DNA of 64,000 nucleotides, taken from NCBI GenBank assembly GCA_046563655.1, contig CM102289.1, positions 5,456,001 to 5,520,000 of the forward strand. Direction: 5' to 3'. This document shows positions 27,501-39,318 of the stretch, piece after piece. Below the pieces are notes generated by a model. The model did no database searches, was not told where the DNA came from, and was given only the letters and a program-made list of their open reading frames with translations. Numbering within the stretch: the first letter of the stretch is position 1; each line of letters opens with the position of its first letter. The DNA comes from Yuukianura sp. NJ FZ-2021. Taxonomy: Eukaryota. The position numbers and the translations under genes are program-made.

Positions 27501-29333
27501 TATGAATGAAATTACTTCAACTTTTTTTTTGGTTACAACTACAAACTCACCTTCGTCGAAGGAACAGTCCGTTGTGCTTGGCGCGGAACATTAGTAGTAC
27601 CGACTCCACCAGGTTGGGAAGGAGAAACTTTGGGTCTGGGCATAAGTGTTTGAGAAATTTGCTGTGCAGCGGCACTCGAGTATGATGACTGAATTGAAGC
27701 AAGTAGATTAGCTCCAGGATTTGCTGCAGAAACTGGCGGAGATTGTTTGGAGAGGAGTATGTTCAGATCGATGCTCTGCCCGGCCACCACATGGCCAGCA
27801 GCAGGACCTATATAGTAAATAATTTTGAATTAGAAAAATGAGCAACAAGAAATCGAAACTGTTTTCCTTGAAAGATGTCAGCGTCGTACCTAAGTGATTC
27901 GTTGGACCCCCGATTCCATTGCTTGTCGTATCAGTCGCTAAAATTGTCTCCCCATTCGGTGGCGTAGTTTGTGAAACTGGAGCTCCCTCTGTTCCAGCTT
28001 GCTGCGCTGTTGGTACGAATACTTTAGTCTCAGCCAGAGATCCCGTATACTCCTCATTGTCCCAGTCTTCGGTCTGTGGAAAATCAGTCCACTGATCTAA
28101 AATGAGTAAAAGACTCGTATTACGATTACACTTGCATTACAATTACTAATCTTGTGAAACTTGTCTTTTCTCTTTTAAGTAACTAAGTTAACGACTCCAT
28201 TTAACGAGTCTACTGAACTGAAATGTGATAACATCTCTGACGAATTTGAGTAGACTTAGAGTATGAGTCATCGATTACATACCAACTTTCAGATTAGTCG
28301 GCTTGGCATCAGCCTTTGTAGTATCTGCTTGGCTGTTTTCCCACACGTCGATAGGGTGATGTCCAAAATCGGATTCACGTGGTCCACGACTACGATTGGC
28401 AAAGGTACGAGATGGATCTCGATCACGGTCACCACCTCGAAAGCCACCGCGACCTCCTCCGCGGCCTCTTCCTCGCATTGGACCATTGCTAAACCTGGAA
28501 CCGTAGCCCCCACTTCCTCCAACATCATTGGATTCATCGTTTTCCTTATTTTCCACTCGAGGACCTCCACGTCCCATTCCCCCGCCGCGACCTCCACGGC
28601 TATCACCACGACCACGACCTCTTCCGCCGCGTCTTCCTTCGAAGAATCCTTCACCCTGTTGTGCCTCTGAAGTGGAAGCAGTTCGATCACGATCACCACG
28701 ATCTGGTCGAGTATCGCCACGTTTGTCGTTACGATCTCGTCCGCCAGGCCCATTTTCTTTTGCTCTAGCCATCTATAAATTGTACAAGAAAAATATAATT
28801 TTTAAAATCCAAACAATTTCGATGATAATAAGAATATAACACTTTACCTCTTTCGCGGCATCCGCCTTTTGAGCAGCACTTTTGATTTTCTTTTTCTTTC
28901 CAGCTTGTTCCCATTCTAATTCCAATGATTCTGTTCCACCCTCTGTTAGAAGAGTGATGGCTTCTTCCAAGTTGTTGTCACGACTGTGAAGAGCCATACT
29001 GGCAGCATCTGGCGTACTTCCAGTAATTTCAATAACTTGCTTAATCTTTTTCTGAAGTTCTGGATCCTCAGAGCGATGTGATTCTATGATCCGTGCAATC
29101 TGCATCTGCTCAGCAGTAGCCTAGACCCAAAAACAGTCAATTACGTCAACTTCACAAAGAAATATCCAGAAATGGTTAAATTGAACACTCACCTGGATCT
29201 TAGGATTGAGATCAACTTTGTCTGACTTGATATCACCTTTGCTACGATTCCCAGACTTATTGGCACTACCCCCGCCGCCACCACCACTCTTTGTATTCCC
29301 CTTCGGGATTTCCTTCGGTTTTGCCGAGCTCAT
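24544..29333 (-). CDS. lig: Protein lingerer / UBAP2-UBAP2L ortholog (UBA-like domain, RGG region, low-complexity Q/G/S/P-rich C-terminus), about 1182 aa
   Basis: 12 coding exons: 29333-29193, 29120-28848, 28772-28283, 28096-27890, 27807-27551, 27471-26865, 26773-26488, 26389-26217, 26085-25774, 25672-25110, 25039-24887, 24630-24544 (total 3549 nt, in frame). Motifs: ATAEQMQIARII...KIKQVIEITG...ALH (UBA-like), RGG repeats, EDWDNEEYTGSLAETKVF, KIPTTGVEMP...LDVQFGGLDFG, and a C-terminal ...QYWSGN*. The exon 11 donor (GTCTCT) is weak and less certain. Confidence 0.93.
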
Positions 29334-30526
29334 GATAATCCGTCCAAACCAATATCCGTGAAGTAAGTTTGCTAAGTGAAGACTGCTAATACTATGTACA
29401 CTGTACAACTAGTTAACCTGAAAAAGAAAAGAAAGAGTGGCGTTACAAAATTTGCTCAACTTCAGTTATTGGACAGAGAATACGATGGTCGGGAAAAAAA
29501 ATAACACCTTAAAACATCAATGTATCTAAAAATAGTACAGAAATCTCCGTCTCTCTTCAAAAAGTTCGAAAACCTTCCGTGTAGTGCGGACTCCGCATCT
29601 TCACGAGCAACGCTACGCGTACAATTCTAACTAAACCTTACAAAAGTCACTATTTTTTCTTAGAAATGGCGTGGATGACGATGATCTTACTACGCATAAT
29701 GCACCATTGTCCGTCCGCGTCAATGTATGCAACAAGCGCGTCCTAATCCAATCAATGCGTCAGTCAGCGTCATGTAGTAACTACTCGTCCCTATTCAGTC
29801 ACCACGATAAACGAAAATGGAATTAGTCAGCCTACTTACCCTGTAACTAACCGTGATCGTTCAATAATTGATTTGTTGACCTCACCTGAACTTGAAGAAA
29901 GGTATTACGTTCTGAGGAGACGAAAAGATGAATGAAGGAAGAAGAACTGAAGACAAGAGTGGCAGACTGTAATGCTAGTGTTTATAACGAAGCGGATGGA
30001 TGAGTTGTGTCGTGGACTTGAGCAGAAGAGGAGCCAGCCGATGATGACGATTTCTTCGTAATATTGTTCCTATAGAGAGGTATAGACAAAGCAAATAGTG
30101 GCGCCGTCTTCACAGTACCGTTTCGAATACCGACTGAAAACCAAATAAAATCAACTTCCGTTTCGTCGATCCGTTTCTTTCTTTCTTTTTTGAGTTCTCC
30201 CGGGCGAGGGCGGAAAAATTAGCGAAGCTTTTTTTGTATATGAGAAACACACATGTCCAAGGAGTACGTGACCCGCCGCGCTAAGTATTCCGGTGGATAC
30301 CAAGCTCGGGTTTTAAAATACAGTCCATTTTTTGTTAAAAATTATTTAAAGTAAGAGGTTTTACTTAGTTCTAAAGTTAGAAAATCGACCTTAACTAAAT
30401 AAGTATAGTCCAAATACTGTTGATCTGTTTTAGATTTTCCTTTATTCAAGGTTGCGGCACGAATCAGTGATTGGGGATCACAGAACCGTAGGGGAATTAC
30501 TGTTATTGGTACCGTACACTAATTTA

Positions 30527-30614
30527 GGTTGGATTTTACCCATGTGTACGCATGTTAAAAAGTTTAAGTTTAAGTTAAGTTTTTAACATGCGTACAAATG
30601 GGTAAAATTCAACC
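30527..30614. repeat. 35-bp inverted repeat with an 18-nt spacer (foldback; MITE-like or hairpin RNA)
   Basis: Left arm 30527-30561 GGTTGGATTTTACCCATGTGTACGCATGTTAAAAA; right arm 30580-30614 TTTTTAACATGCGTACAAATGGGTAAAATTCAACC; 33/35 positions complementary. TA dinucleotides lie just outside both ends. Confidence 0.85.
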
Positions 30615-30836
30615 CTAATTTGCTAACTTGAACAAATTTAAGCTTCTCGTTTTTTTTCTCCTTTAACCCAATGAAAAAAGAATGACAGGGGAAAACTTTT
30701 CAAAGTTATCAAATGAGTGTACGGTAGAGCAAAAGATAACGCAAGAATATTTCAGCAAAACAGAAAACCAATTCGGTACTTTGCCGCCCGTTGAAATTGC
30801 ATGTGTGGTTCCAGTATAAACAAAAAGGCGACTGGC

Positions 30837-30851
30837 GCGCCCTCTAGCAGG
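30837..30851 (-). promoter_or_regulatory. CTCF-like insulator motif
   Basis: Minus strand reads CCTGCTAGAGGGCGC, a close match to the CTCF consensus; lies in the lig/mRpS16 intergenic region. Confidence 0.5.
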
Positions 30852-31244
30852 AAGGTAGAACTTTAATAGCGCTAAAATTTCAAATCAATTGTTCAAAACA
30901 ATTTTTATTTTGTTTAAAAAAAATCAAAAAACCGAATCATCTTCATCTGCCAGTCAATTTTAATTAAATTAAAATTTACAGCTTCCTACGACGGCTTCCA
31001 TCTAAGGTTTGTTAAAATAATAGTAAATATAAATAATAATAAATGAAATAATTCTCTTAATAACATACCCTTAAAGAAGACTAAGTTACATGCTCGTTAA
31101 GGAGCCTTGTTTTAATCTCTTCATCATCATCGTTCTGTGTAAATTTGGAATTTATCAGTCTCTGAATTGGATTTTTCGCTTGGGGATTTTGGATTATTCG
31201 GCTAAATTGATTTTTGTTTCTCTAATTAGTTCTTCGCTGGAAAA

Positions 31245-31919
31245 ATGCTGTTTCCAGCGTCAGGAGGTGCCGCATTGATTCCTGGAGGAAAGACGATAAT
31301 CAGACTGGCGTTGCATGGATGTACTAATCGACCCTTCTATCACATCGTTGTTGCTAATGTAAACGTTCATTTATCTTGATCGATTCGATTTGTTTGCACC
31401 GCGTTAAGTTGACTAGGATAAACTTGCAATTATAATAGCTTATCTTTTGTGTAGGTAATTTTTTTGGATTGTCTGAGGTCATGTCGTTCGAAAAAATTTG
31501 ATAGTAGTTATGTAAAACCGTCATGATGTGTTTACTAATAACCTTTGTTTTTTTAACCTTAGGCTAAAACAGAAAGAGATACACAAGCGATTGAACAACT
31601 AGGAACATATGATCCGCTTCCAAACGCTGATAATCAAAAGCTAGTGAGCATTAACTTGGAGCGCATGCAGTATTGGATCGGCAGAGGATCTATTTGCAGC
31701 AGACCAGTTTTAGAATTAATGGGTGAGTAAACTAGTAAACAGTGTAATTGAATGTACAAACGGGAATAAACAATAACTGAAATTATATTGACCCTTTGGT
31801 TAATAGGACTGATGGGATTCTTTCCGATCCATCCTAAGACTTACATGAACGCATGGAGGAATAGACAAAAAGCTGCGGCGGAAGCAGCAAAACAGACGGA
31901 ATCAGCGGAAACAAAATAA
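31245..31919 (+). CDS. mRpS16: Mitochondrial ribosomal protein S16 (bS16m), 128 aa
   Basis: Exons 31245-31358, 31563-31722, 31807-31919. MLFPASGGAALIPGGKTIIRLALHGCTNRPFYHIVVAN|AKTERDTQAIEQLGTYDPLPNADNQKLVSINLERMQYWIGRGSICSRPVLELMG|LMGFFPIHPKTYMNAWRNRQK... GCTNRPFYHIV, IEQLGTYDP and PIHPKTYM.AWRNR are diagnostic. Missing from the ORF track because of splicing. Confidence 0.96.
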
Positions 31920-32121
31920 GTCAAAATAAGTTATATTAAGTTATAATTAAAATAGAAATGAATAAGTAAATCACTTGTGTAGTTTTTTACGTTTAATGAA
32001 TACAGCTTTCTTATTGGATATTTACATTCGGCAGTTTTGTCGTGTAAGATACTACACGCTCGACAAATTATTATTTCACTACGTTCAGCTAAGCTTGACT
32101 TCTGTTTAAGTTGTAGCCGTT

Positions 32122-32943
32122 TTAACCATGGACGTCGAAGACGCTCTTCAATGCAAGTTCCGGTTTATCGTATCCCAAATCTCCAGGAAGATTGGCTCCT
32201 AATTCGTCAAGTGTGGGCTTGATTTCCTGTTCAATAATGTATCAGCACTGTTTAGTTTCATATTAGAAAAGCAAAGCATTGAAAATAAGCATGGTTTATT
32301 GCACGCTGATCGTACCTGCACAACGTATGGCCAAAGGTCTTTGTTGTATCTGCATTTCATTTGGATCGCTTCAAGGTATCTGACGGAGAGGGCGTAATCA
32401 TTGACTCTTTTGCATGCTCTCAACGCCGCACAGATGATTTTAGGTTCTGGGATCATATCCATCCCGAACAAATCGTTCATTCCCTACAAAGCAGAACCAT
32501 TTATCATTTATGAATTCAGGACACTACACTTATACGCCTTTGTTCTTCCGTAGTAGTCTAGCCTAGTAACTTACCTTTCGGAGTTCCCAGCCATCAATGT
32601 CGGGGCGATTGAAGTACGCAACATAACGAGCATCGAATTCTTCATCTGATTCCTTTGGCCCATGTGATGACATGAAACGGGCACCCGACACTGATCAGCA
32701 AAGAACAAATCATTTTAGTATATTACTTCATGTCAATTGTCCATCACAACAACATGAAACTTGTAATAGGCCTATTCGTTATATTGCTAATTGTTAATCA
32801 ATAACTCGCCAACACCTATCATAATCAATAGTTTTGCTTATTTGCTAAGTTTAATTTTATTATCACTCACCTGGAGCAGCGGAAGAAGCAGAAGCCGCCC
32901 TCGACACCGTCGACACCAATCGATTGCTGATCATTCGAAGCAT
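32122..32943 (-). CDS. COX5A: Cytochrome c oxidase subunit 5A, mitochondrial precursor, 153 aa
   Basis: Exons 32943-32871, 32690-32575, 32483-32316, 32226-32122. Arg/Ser/Ala-rich transit peptide [24 protein letters not shown], then [70 protein letters not shown]...[16 protein letters not shown]...LGYDKPELA, all typical of COX5A. Confidence 0.97.
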
Positions 32944-34013
32944 GTTGGTATTCGTTTTTCAAGGAATTGATTTTTAATTTCCCGGAAACAAATCCAATTC
33001 AACAAAAGTAGAGCAAAAGGCAAAGTCCCAAAACTTAAGTACTAAAAAAACATTCACTGATCAGCAGATTCTTCTAAAATCTATGACCAAAAAAATCAAT
33101 GGAATTTTGCAATTTGAATCAGTGGAAATTCAAAATCTGGCGGTGAAACTGATACAGTTCACGAGATGGCGGGGCTGTGAGAAACTTAACATTAAAGGAC
33201 GCCGTTTAGAGAATTCATGAGTGATTTTGTTGCAGTTTATAAGAAGACTTTGCGAGTTCACAACGTATAGTTTACTAGCAACTAAATAATTAAATTGTGA
33301 ATTAATTGAACAAATTCAGAAGTATTTCAGGAGCTGCCGTTTGCTTAACACTTTCCAGTCAACAAGATTTTGAGCGTTCCTAAATCTTCCTTCCAATTTA
33401 ATCTCCCATCGTTAACTACTTGTTGGGTATGATTAAAATATATCTCCATTAGATAATATATTCAGGTAAATTATACATATAATAAATATTTTCATATAAT
33501 TACGTTAACCTAATTCAGTTTTATTGAACCTACAAAGGTCAATTAAATGACACAAAATTTGATCATTTCATGGGTTGTGGACAATGTAATAAAAACAACG
33601 TTAGAGTAAAGACGCTGAATCTGAAAACTATTTTATCCTGGAGGCTGGCCAGAGAAAGCAATTTTCTTTTTTGACAAAGTCAATAAAAATGTTGGTTTTG
33701 AAATGTAAACAGAAGTGGAAAACGATGGTGGGGTTTAGTGTTGGGTGAGAGGGGGATTTGGTGGCTCAATTTGGTGTATTTTGAGGTTGATCCGCCAGAG
33801 GATAACCTAACCAAGATTTAATCATGTCCGCTCTTCTTTTTTTCTGCGGTGGGTGAAAGTTGAATTTAATACGGTGACTGAAATTCCAAGGGAAAAGATA
33901 TGAAAAAGAAACAAAAGGAAAAGAAATAGCGCCCAATAAAACCCTCTTCAACAACTTCAAATTTGAAACTGAATTCAATTTTGAATTTTCCCTGTCCCTT
34001 GCTCAAACAAACA

Positions 34014-34027
34014 CGCCCTCTGGCGCC
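34014..34027 (-). promoter_or_regulatory. CTCF-like insulator motif
   Basis: Minus strand reads GGCGCCAGAGGGCG; lies between the hbn stop codon and the COX5A promoter. Confidence 0.4.
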
Positions 34028-34275
34028 TCTCTTTTGACAAATAAACCTCTTTAAACCATTCTCCTTCAAATCAACTTTTATTCGAACAGAAATCAAATTT
34101 TCTTTCTGTGGAAATTCACTCAATTTTCTTTTCCAAATTTTTAGTAAAAGAGAATGCCTTAAGAATTTAATCTAAAACCGCGCTTTTGTACAACAAGTGA
34201 AGCTAATTTTAGTTTTATAGTAATCCTGTTTTATATGTTAGTTAAACTAAGATAATAAATTTAAATATGAGGAAA

Positions 34276-37200
34276 TCAGCGTGAAATGTCCAAGTCCATG
34301 AATTTTTCTGTTCCGTTTGAATTTGAAATTGACTTGGCTTTTTCTCTGAGTAAATGAATACTTTTCTCCCTGGAGAAAGTTGGCACGAAAGATTCCCCGC
34401 CAATTTTCAAATTTGTTTTTACAGCCAAGTCCATTGCCTCTCCCTCTCCAGCGGGAAATTCAAAATCCGTTTTTGGTGACCCCGAGTGATGTGACATAGA
34501 TGGACTTGACCTCAATTGACCTTGATTCGGGGAGCACGATTGTCTTCCGCTGTGGCGGGAAAGGTCAAATGGACCACCAAGCGGTGAACTTCGCAGCACA
34601 TTTTCGTGAAGCATTCCGCTCATAGGGGAGGGTGGCATCTTAGGTGCTTGCCACGGCATGCTCTGAGCATGCGCCGCTTGAATTTGCGCAGCAAACATGG
34701 ACATAAGTGTTGGTGAGTAGAATGCCCCCGGGGGAATTCCTAAATGCGCTGACCAAAGTAGCTCATTGAGTGCTACTTGACCTCCAGCAAATGGCGGTAA
34801 CCCTTGACCTTGAAAAGTTGGCAGGTCAGCGGGGCTGCCAAATTGAAAGTTGGCGCCAATCGGATGAGTTGCTCCGTACATCGAGGGTGAGTCGAGATCT
34901 GGCCGTGCGTTGCCACCTAGACTCTTTTCCCGTTTTCTCCATTTTGCTCTCCGATTTTGAAACCAGACCTGAAAAAGATTAAAAATAAACGTCCATTATT
35001 TTTTGGTAACAAAAGGAGAGCCCTTAAGGGGCACAATTTAAAAACAAGATCATTAGATTTACTACGCGCAGAAGCGATCGAACTCTTTAGATTTGAGCAG
35101 GATATCCCTGCGGCTGGTCCATAATTGTATCAAATGACACTTTTCAAACAATTGGAAACAAAATTTCTTTTGTTACAATTTCGTTTCCCAGTGGGTGCTG
35201 GCGGGACGTTTAAATTACATGGTTCTCCCTTACCACAAAGCCTGGTTTTATTGTGGTAAAGCGGCAACTTTGTGGTGTGTTATTTTTTAAATAAACGTTA
35301 CCGGTCACCCTCCATTTGAAGTTTTCAATTCAAAAATTCTTCCAAAAAAATTACCGAAAACGGAGAAAATCTTTTTCCACAAACCAAGCCGTCCGTTTTT
35401 ATACTCTTATCTAGTAAAAATTTTGACAACAATTAATTTACAATGTGCAGTATTAATATTTCTCAGTTTTTTGAAAAATCGTAATTTTGAAAACCTATTT
35501 CCCTTAAATTTGGATTTTGAGAGCCGTTTAAGCCCTATTTTTTCACCCGATTTCCGAAAGCAAACAAAAGAAAGTAATTAGGTGGATGGAAAAGTGAGTG
35601 AAAATTAAGGCTCACAAGCTCAAACCCACTGGAGGGAAATTTCAAATTTGAGGGAACAATTCAATCACATTATGCATTGTTTGTTGGAGGAGGGGGAATG
35701 GACAAAGCGCCAGATTTGAATGAATGGTTGAGAACAAAAGGAAATTAGGTGGGAATATTTGAATTTTCCCGCTTGAAGAAAGTAAGAGCTGTAGATGAGG
35801 ACTGCTTTCCACTCCAGTCAACTTAACATTTGTAAGTGTATAAATTGACTTGGGCTTTAACTCTAACAATTTTGAACCAGATCAAATTGGTGGGAAGAGG
35901 AAAATGAAAAGCAATTATTTGGGGGAAAACACTCGGGGCAATTTACTCCAAGGGAAGGGAAACTCAAAAGCTCAAGGGCCCGCCCCTTAAACTTTTGCCT
36001 CACATTTTCAGATTGAGAAAGCGGAGAAAGCAGTAAGAGGAAGGAAGAATGGAGTAGACAGAACTTTTTAAGAGAATAAATGCTTCTAATTTTAGCAATT
36101 ATCCTCTTCTCTAATTTTCTAATTGAGGCAATTATGAAAGAAAGACACTACTTGAAGACAAATTTTTTTACGAGAAAAGTGCTCTAGGGTATTTTTAATT
36201 ATAATTTATTAATTGCAATTTACCAAAACTTGATCCAAAATAGAATTGTTAATACTTTTCATAATTTTTTTTATTTTTCCATTTTTTGTGAGCTACGATC
36301 TCAATTTTTTTTTTCACTTTAGGAATCCGAAACAATCAATTTTTCATTAAAAAGTCATAGAAAATCTTTGCCGAGGACAACAACAAAAGAAAAAAATTCA
36401 AATAAAAATCAAAGCGTTAATGAGCAAGAAAATTTCATTTGATGGAAAAGTGAAATTCATCTGTAAGAAGTAACAAGGTAAAAACTCAAATCAAAAACGC
36501 AAATGAAAAATTTCCAATTGTATTTTTCCTTTTTACTTTTTCAAAAAAATTTTTTTAGTCCTTCTTTCCTAATTCCTTCAGTTGAACATTATTAAATTCC
36601 CTTTTTCTTTTTTCCTTTTGTATTTTCTCCTCGTGTAACTTATCCTAAATTATTTTTCTGAAACTGAAATTCAAAAAAGAAAAAGGAAATGTTGCTTCCT
36701 AATTCTCCAATTTTACGGAGTTGAATACAAATGAAAATGAAAACGAGAATGGATACGAATCTTGCAGAGTGTTCTGTTTGTTACTTTCATTTTTAAAAGA
36801 CCCTCCATGCCTGTAAGTTTCAGATGAAAGATACGACATTGTAGAAATACTGGGTATTGAATCGGATGAATTACATAAGAAGGAGCGTTGTCTCATTAAG
36901 ACGATGAAGAATAGGAATAGGACACTCAAAAAATTTCGACAGATTTTGATCTCGGAAAAAGTGAGAAAGAAAGGTCTGCGTTTCTAAAGGAATTCTCTGA
37001 TTCTTTTCAAATTTTAAAAACGGATTTTGCTAATCATTTGATTTTTATCGTTCAAAAATCTCGGGACTTCTTTTTTGAAGATCAGACGCAAGATGAGGCT
37101 AATTTGCTGAACTTATCTTCGTTACAGTTTAAAAAAAGAGATCAAACGATTTTCTTGAAATGTTACCTAAGTTGTTCAAAATTCGATACTGACGTTGAGA

Positions 37201-39318
37201 TTTAAGGCCTATTTGCTGCACGCGCAGTGCGATTATTGTTGTTAAAAATTTCTTGTCGCGCGTGGACGTGACGTAAATCAACGTTAGTGGAGTGAAGTAA
37301 CTTATTTTGAATTTTGTTAGCTATTTTACCTGCACACGGGCTTCGCTCAATTCCAAATTTGCCGCCAGTTCTTCTCGCGTAAAAACGTCTGGATACTGCG
37401 TTTTTTCAAAAGAGCGTTCCAGTTGATGCAGCTGAAATGTCGTAAACGTTGTGCGACTGCGTCGTAACTTGCGCTGAATCGTTTCCAATTCCTTATTTTC
37501 CGAATTGCTACCGAGTTCCAATTCTGATTCTGAACCTCTTCGGCAATCTTCGGTTTCTCGATTTGACCTCGTGACCCCTTCTAAGTCATTTCTACTACCA
37601 CCCTCTGTGTCAAGGACATTCAACTCATCTTCTCCAGAATTACTGGAACAGCTAGATGAAGGTCTATGATCTGAAGGCCGATAGTCCTTGAAATTTACAC
37701 AAATGTCACAATTGAAAAGTTCAAAAACGATTTCTAGAAAATTAAAAAAGCGTTGTGCTGGTTTTACCTTGTTGATTCCGATTTCTGTCCGACTGTTGCC
37801 CATGCTTTGGAGAAAGTTGTTTTCCGTTATACCTACAATTAAGTAAAGAGCATGAATCAATCAATTGAATACGACAAATTAAAGGAAATTTTCAATTAAT
37901 TGCGAGCCCTTCAAACTCAGAGCAGCAGAATAATTGGGCCCAATTGAGTCCTTATGGTAAAAGGAAGAAGATGTAATCTCCCTTGTTAAGCCTCATCATC
38001 ACCACAGGAGACACACAAATAATTCAACCAAATTTTGAATCTTCCCGAACTTTTACAAAACGTAATAAGAAAAAACACAAAAGCTTTTTTCTAATTTCTC
38101 CCCCTTACTTCCTCTTTTCCTTGTAAAAAAAATACAAAGTGGTACCGTCAACTTCCCCAAAGCATATTTTAAATACGAGCCCTTCGTTTTACTTGGCTTT
38201 CAAAATCCAAATCGTAAGCGCCGAGTATCCAAATTTGGAGCTCTACGGTACTCCGTTTTATTGATAAGTGAAAGCAAAGCTACGCTGTTTCATTTGACGA
38301 GGGTTTAATTAGCGTTGGTTCTCAATAGATACTCGACGCACGCCTTGACACGCGTCGCTGTCATCTCCCTCATTGCAAAAGTAGCGCTCTCAATTCAAAA
38401 AAATGAAAAAGTAAGTTGGACTATTGTAGTCCGTGACTCATGAATTGATACTCTACTATTTATTCTACTGAAATGAAGAGGAACGATCACGAGTCACTCT
38501 GAACGTAGTTCATGCAACACAAAATCATTTCCTGCAATTCAAATCGAACCGCGCTGGCTCGCCGCCGGCCGCTAGGATTATGATTTGATGTTTCCAATTT
38601 TGATATTAGCTCAAGTCAATTGTCTCCATTAGCTTTGGTGCATTAATCATGTCAACATGCAAAGCTTACTTGTTCAAAATGTAAAAAAAATTCTGCCTAA
38701 ATTTCAAAATTTTCTGAACAGATGCTTAGCATGGAGACCAAATTTACTCTAATTTTGAATGAACCACGAAATTTGAATTTCGAAAACGCAACTCTTTCTG
38801 TTTTGAAAATTTTGAACTAATCGTATACTAATCTTCCAATCTATTCACCCCTTGAGCGTAACAAAACACAGAATATTGGCGTGTCAAATTCGAAACTTGT
38901 GTGTATGTTCAGTGAAAAAAATACACGCTTGCAGGCAGCTGCTATTTATTTCAGGGACAAAATTTGCCTTGACAAAACTACAAATGAAAACGGAAGTTTT
39001 CCGACTGACGCACTAGGCATAACACAATTTTTTTGCCTTTCAAGCATATTTTTCAGAGATTTTTGGAGAAACTTTGGGGAAAATGCAAATCATGCGAATT
39101 TTATTAACATTTTCAACCTAATTTTAACTTATAGATTGTATAAAAAGTGATTTAGAAATTTTGACGTTACCTTTTGACCTTTGTCTCTGAGCTTCCGACG
39201 CAAGTAGTTTTTCAATACTGGAGTAGACCGAGGGCAGGCGCATGGCTGTTGAGGACTGAAGGAGCGTTGCGTGAGTAGATGCCGCAGGAGAACAATTGGA
39301 TAAGAGCGGGTTATTCAT
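34276..39318 (-). CDS. hbn: Homeobrain, paired-like (PRD class, Q50) homeodomain transcription factor, about 420 aa
   Basis: Exons 39318-39171, 37832-37768, 37686-37330, 34968-34276 (1263 nt, phases 1,0,0). Homeodomain [89 protein letters not shown] is the Hbn signature, not Arx/aristaless (RRYRTTFTS.QL.ELE). N-terminal eh1-like YSSIEKLLA. The start codon and exon 1 are less certain than the homeodomain exons. Confidence 0.88.

Larger units (their letters stand above)
29420..31244. promoter_or_regulatory. Divergent promoter and 5'UTR region shared by lig (-) and mRpS16 (+)
   Basis: Head-to-head genes. lig has a 5'UTR acceptor at 29418-29419 and candidate donors at 29839 (GTAAG) and 29885 (GTGAG) on the minus strand. 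mRpS16 has a candidate UTR intron about 31007-31229. CpG-richer patch about 30000-30310. TSS positions cannot be determined from sequence. Confidence 0.55.

Noticed and set aside
28263..28839. Antisense and alternate-frame ORFs over the lig RGG exon (similarly over Rx exons)
   Set aside because: Shadow ORFs caused by GC-rich low-complexity coding sequence.
34276..39318. Calling this gene aristaless/Arx or a second Rx
   Set aside because: Homeodomain residues [17 protein letters not shown]...KTQYPDVF match Homeobrain rather than Arx (RRYR...) or Rx (RRNR...KSHYPDVYS).
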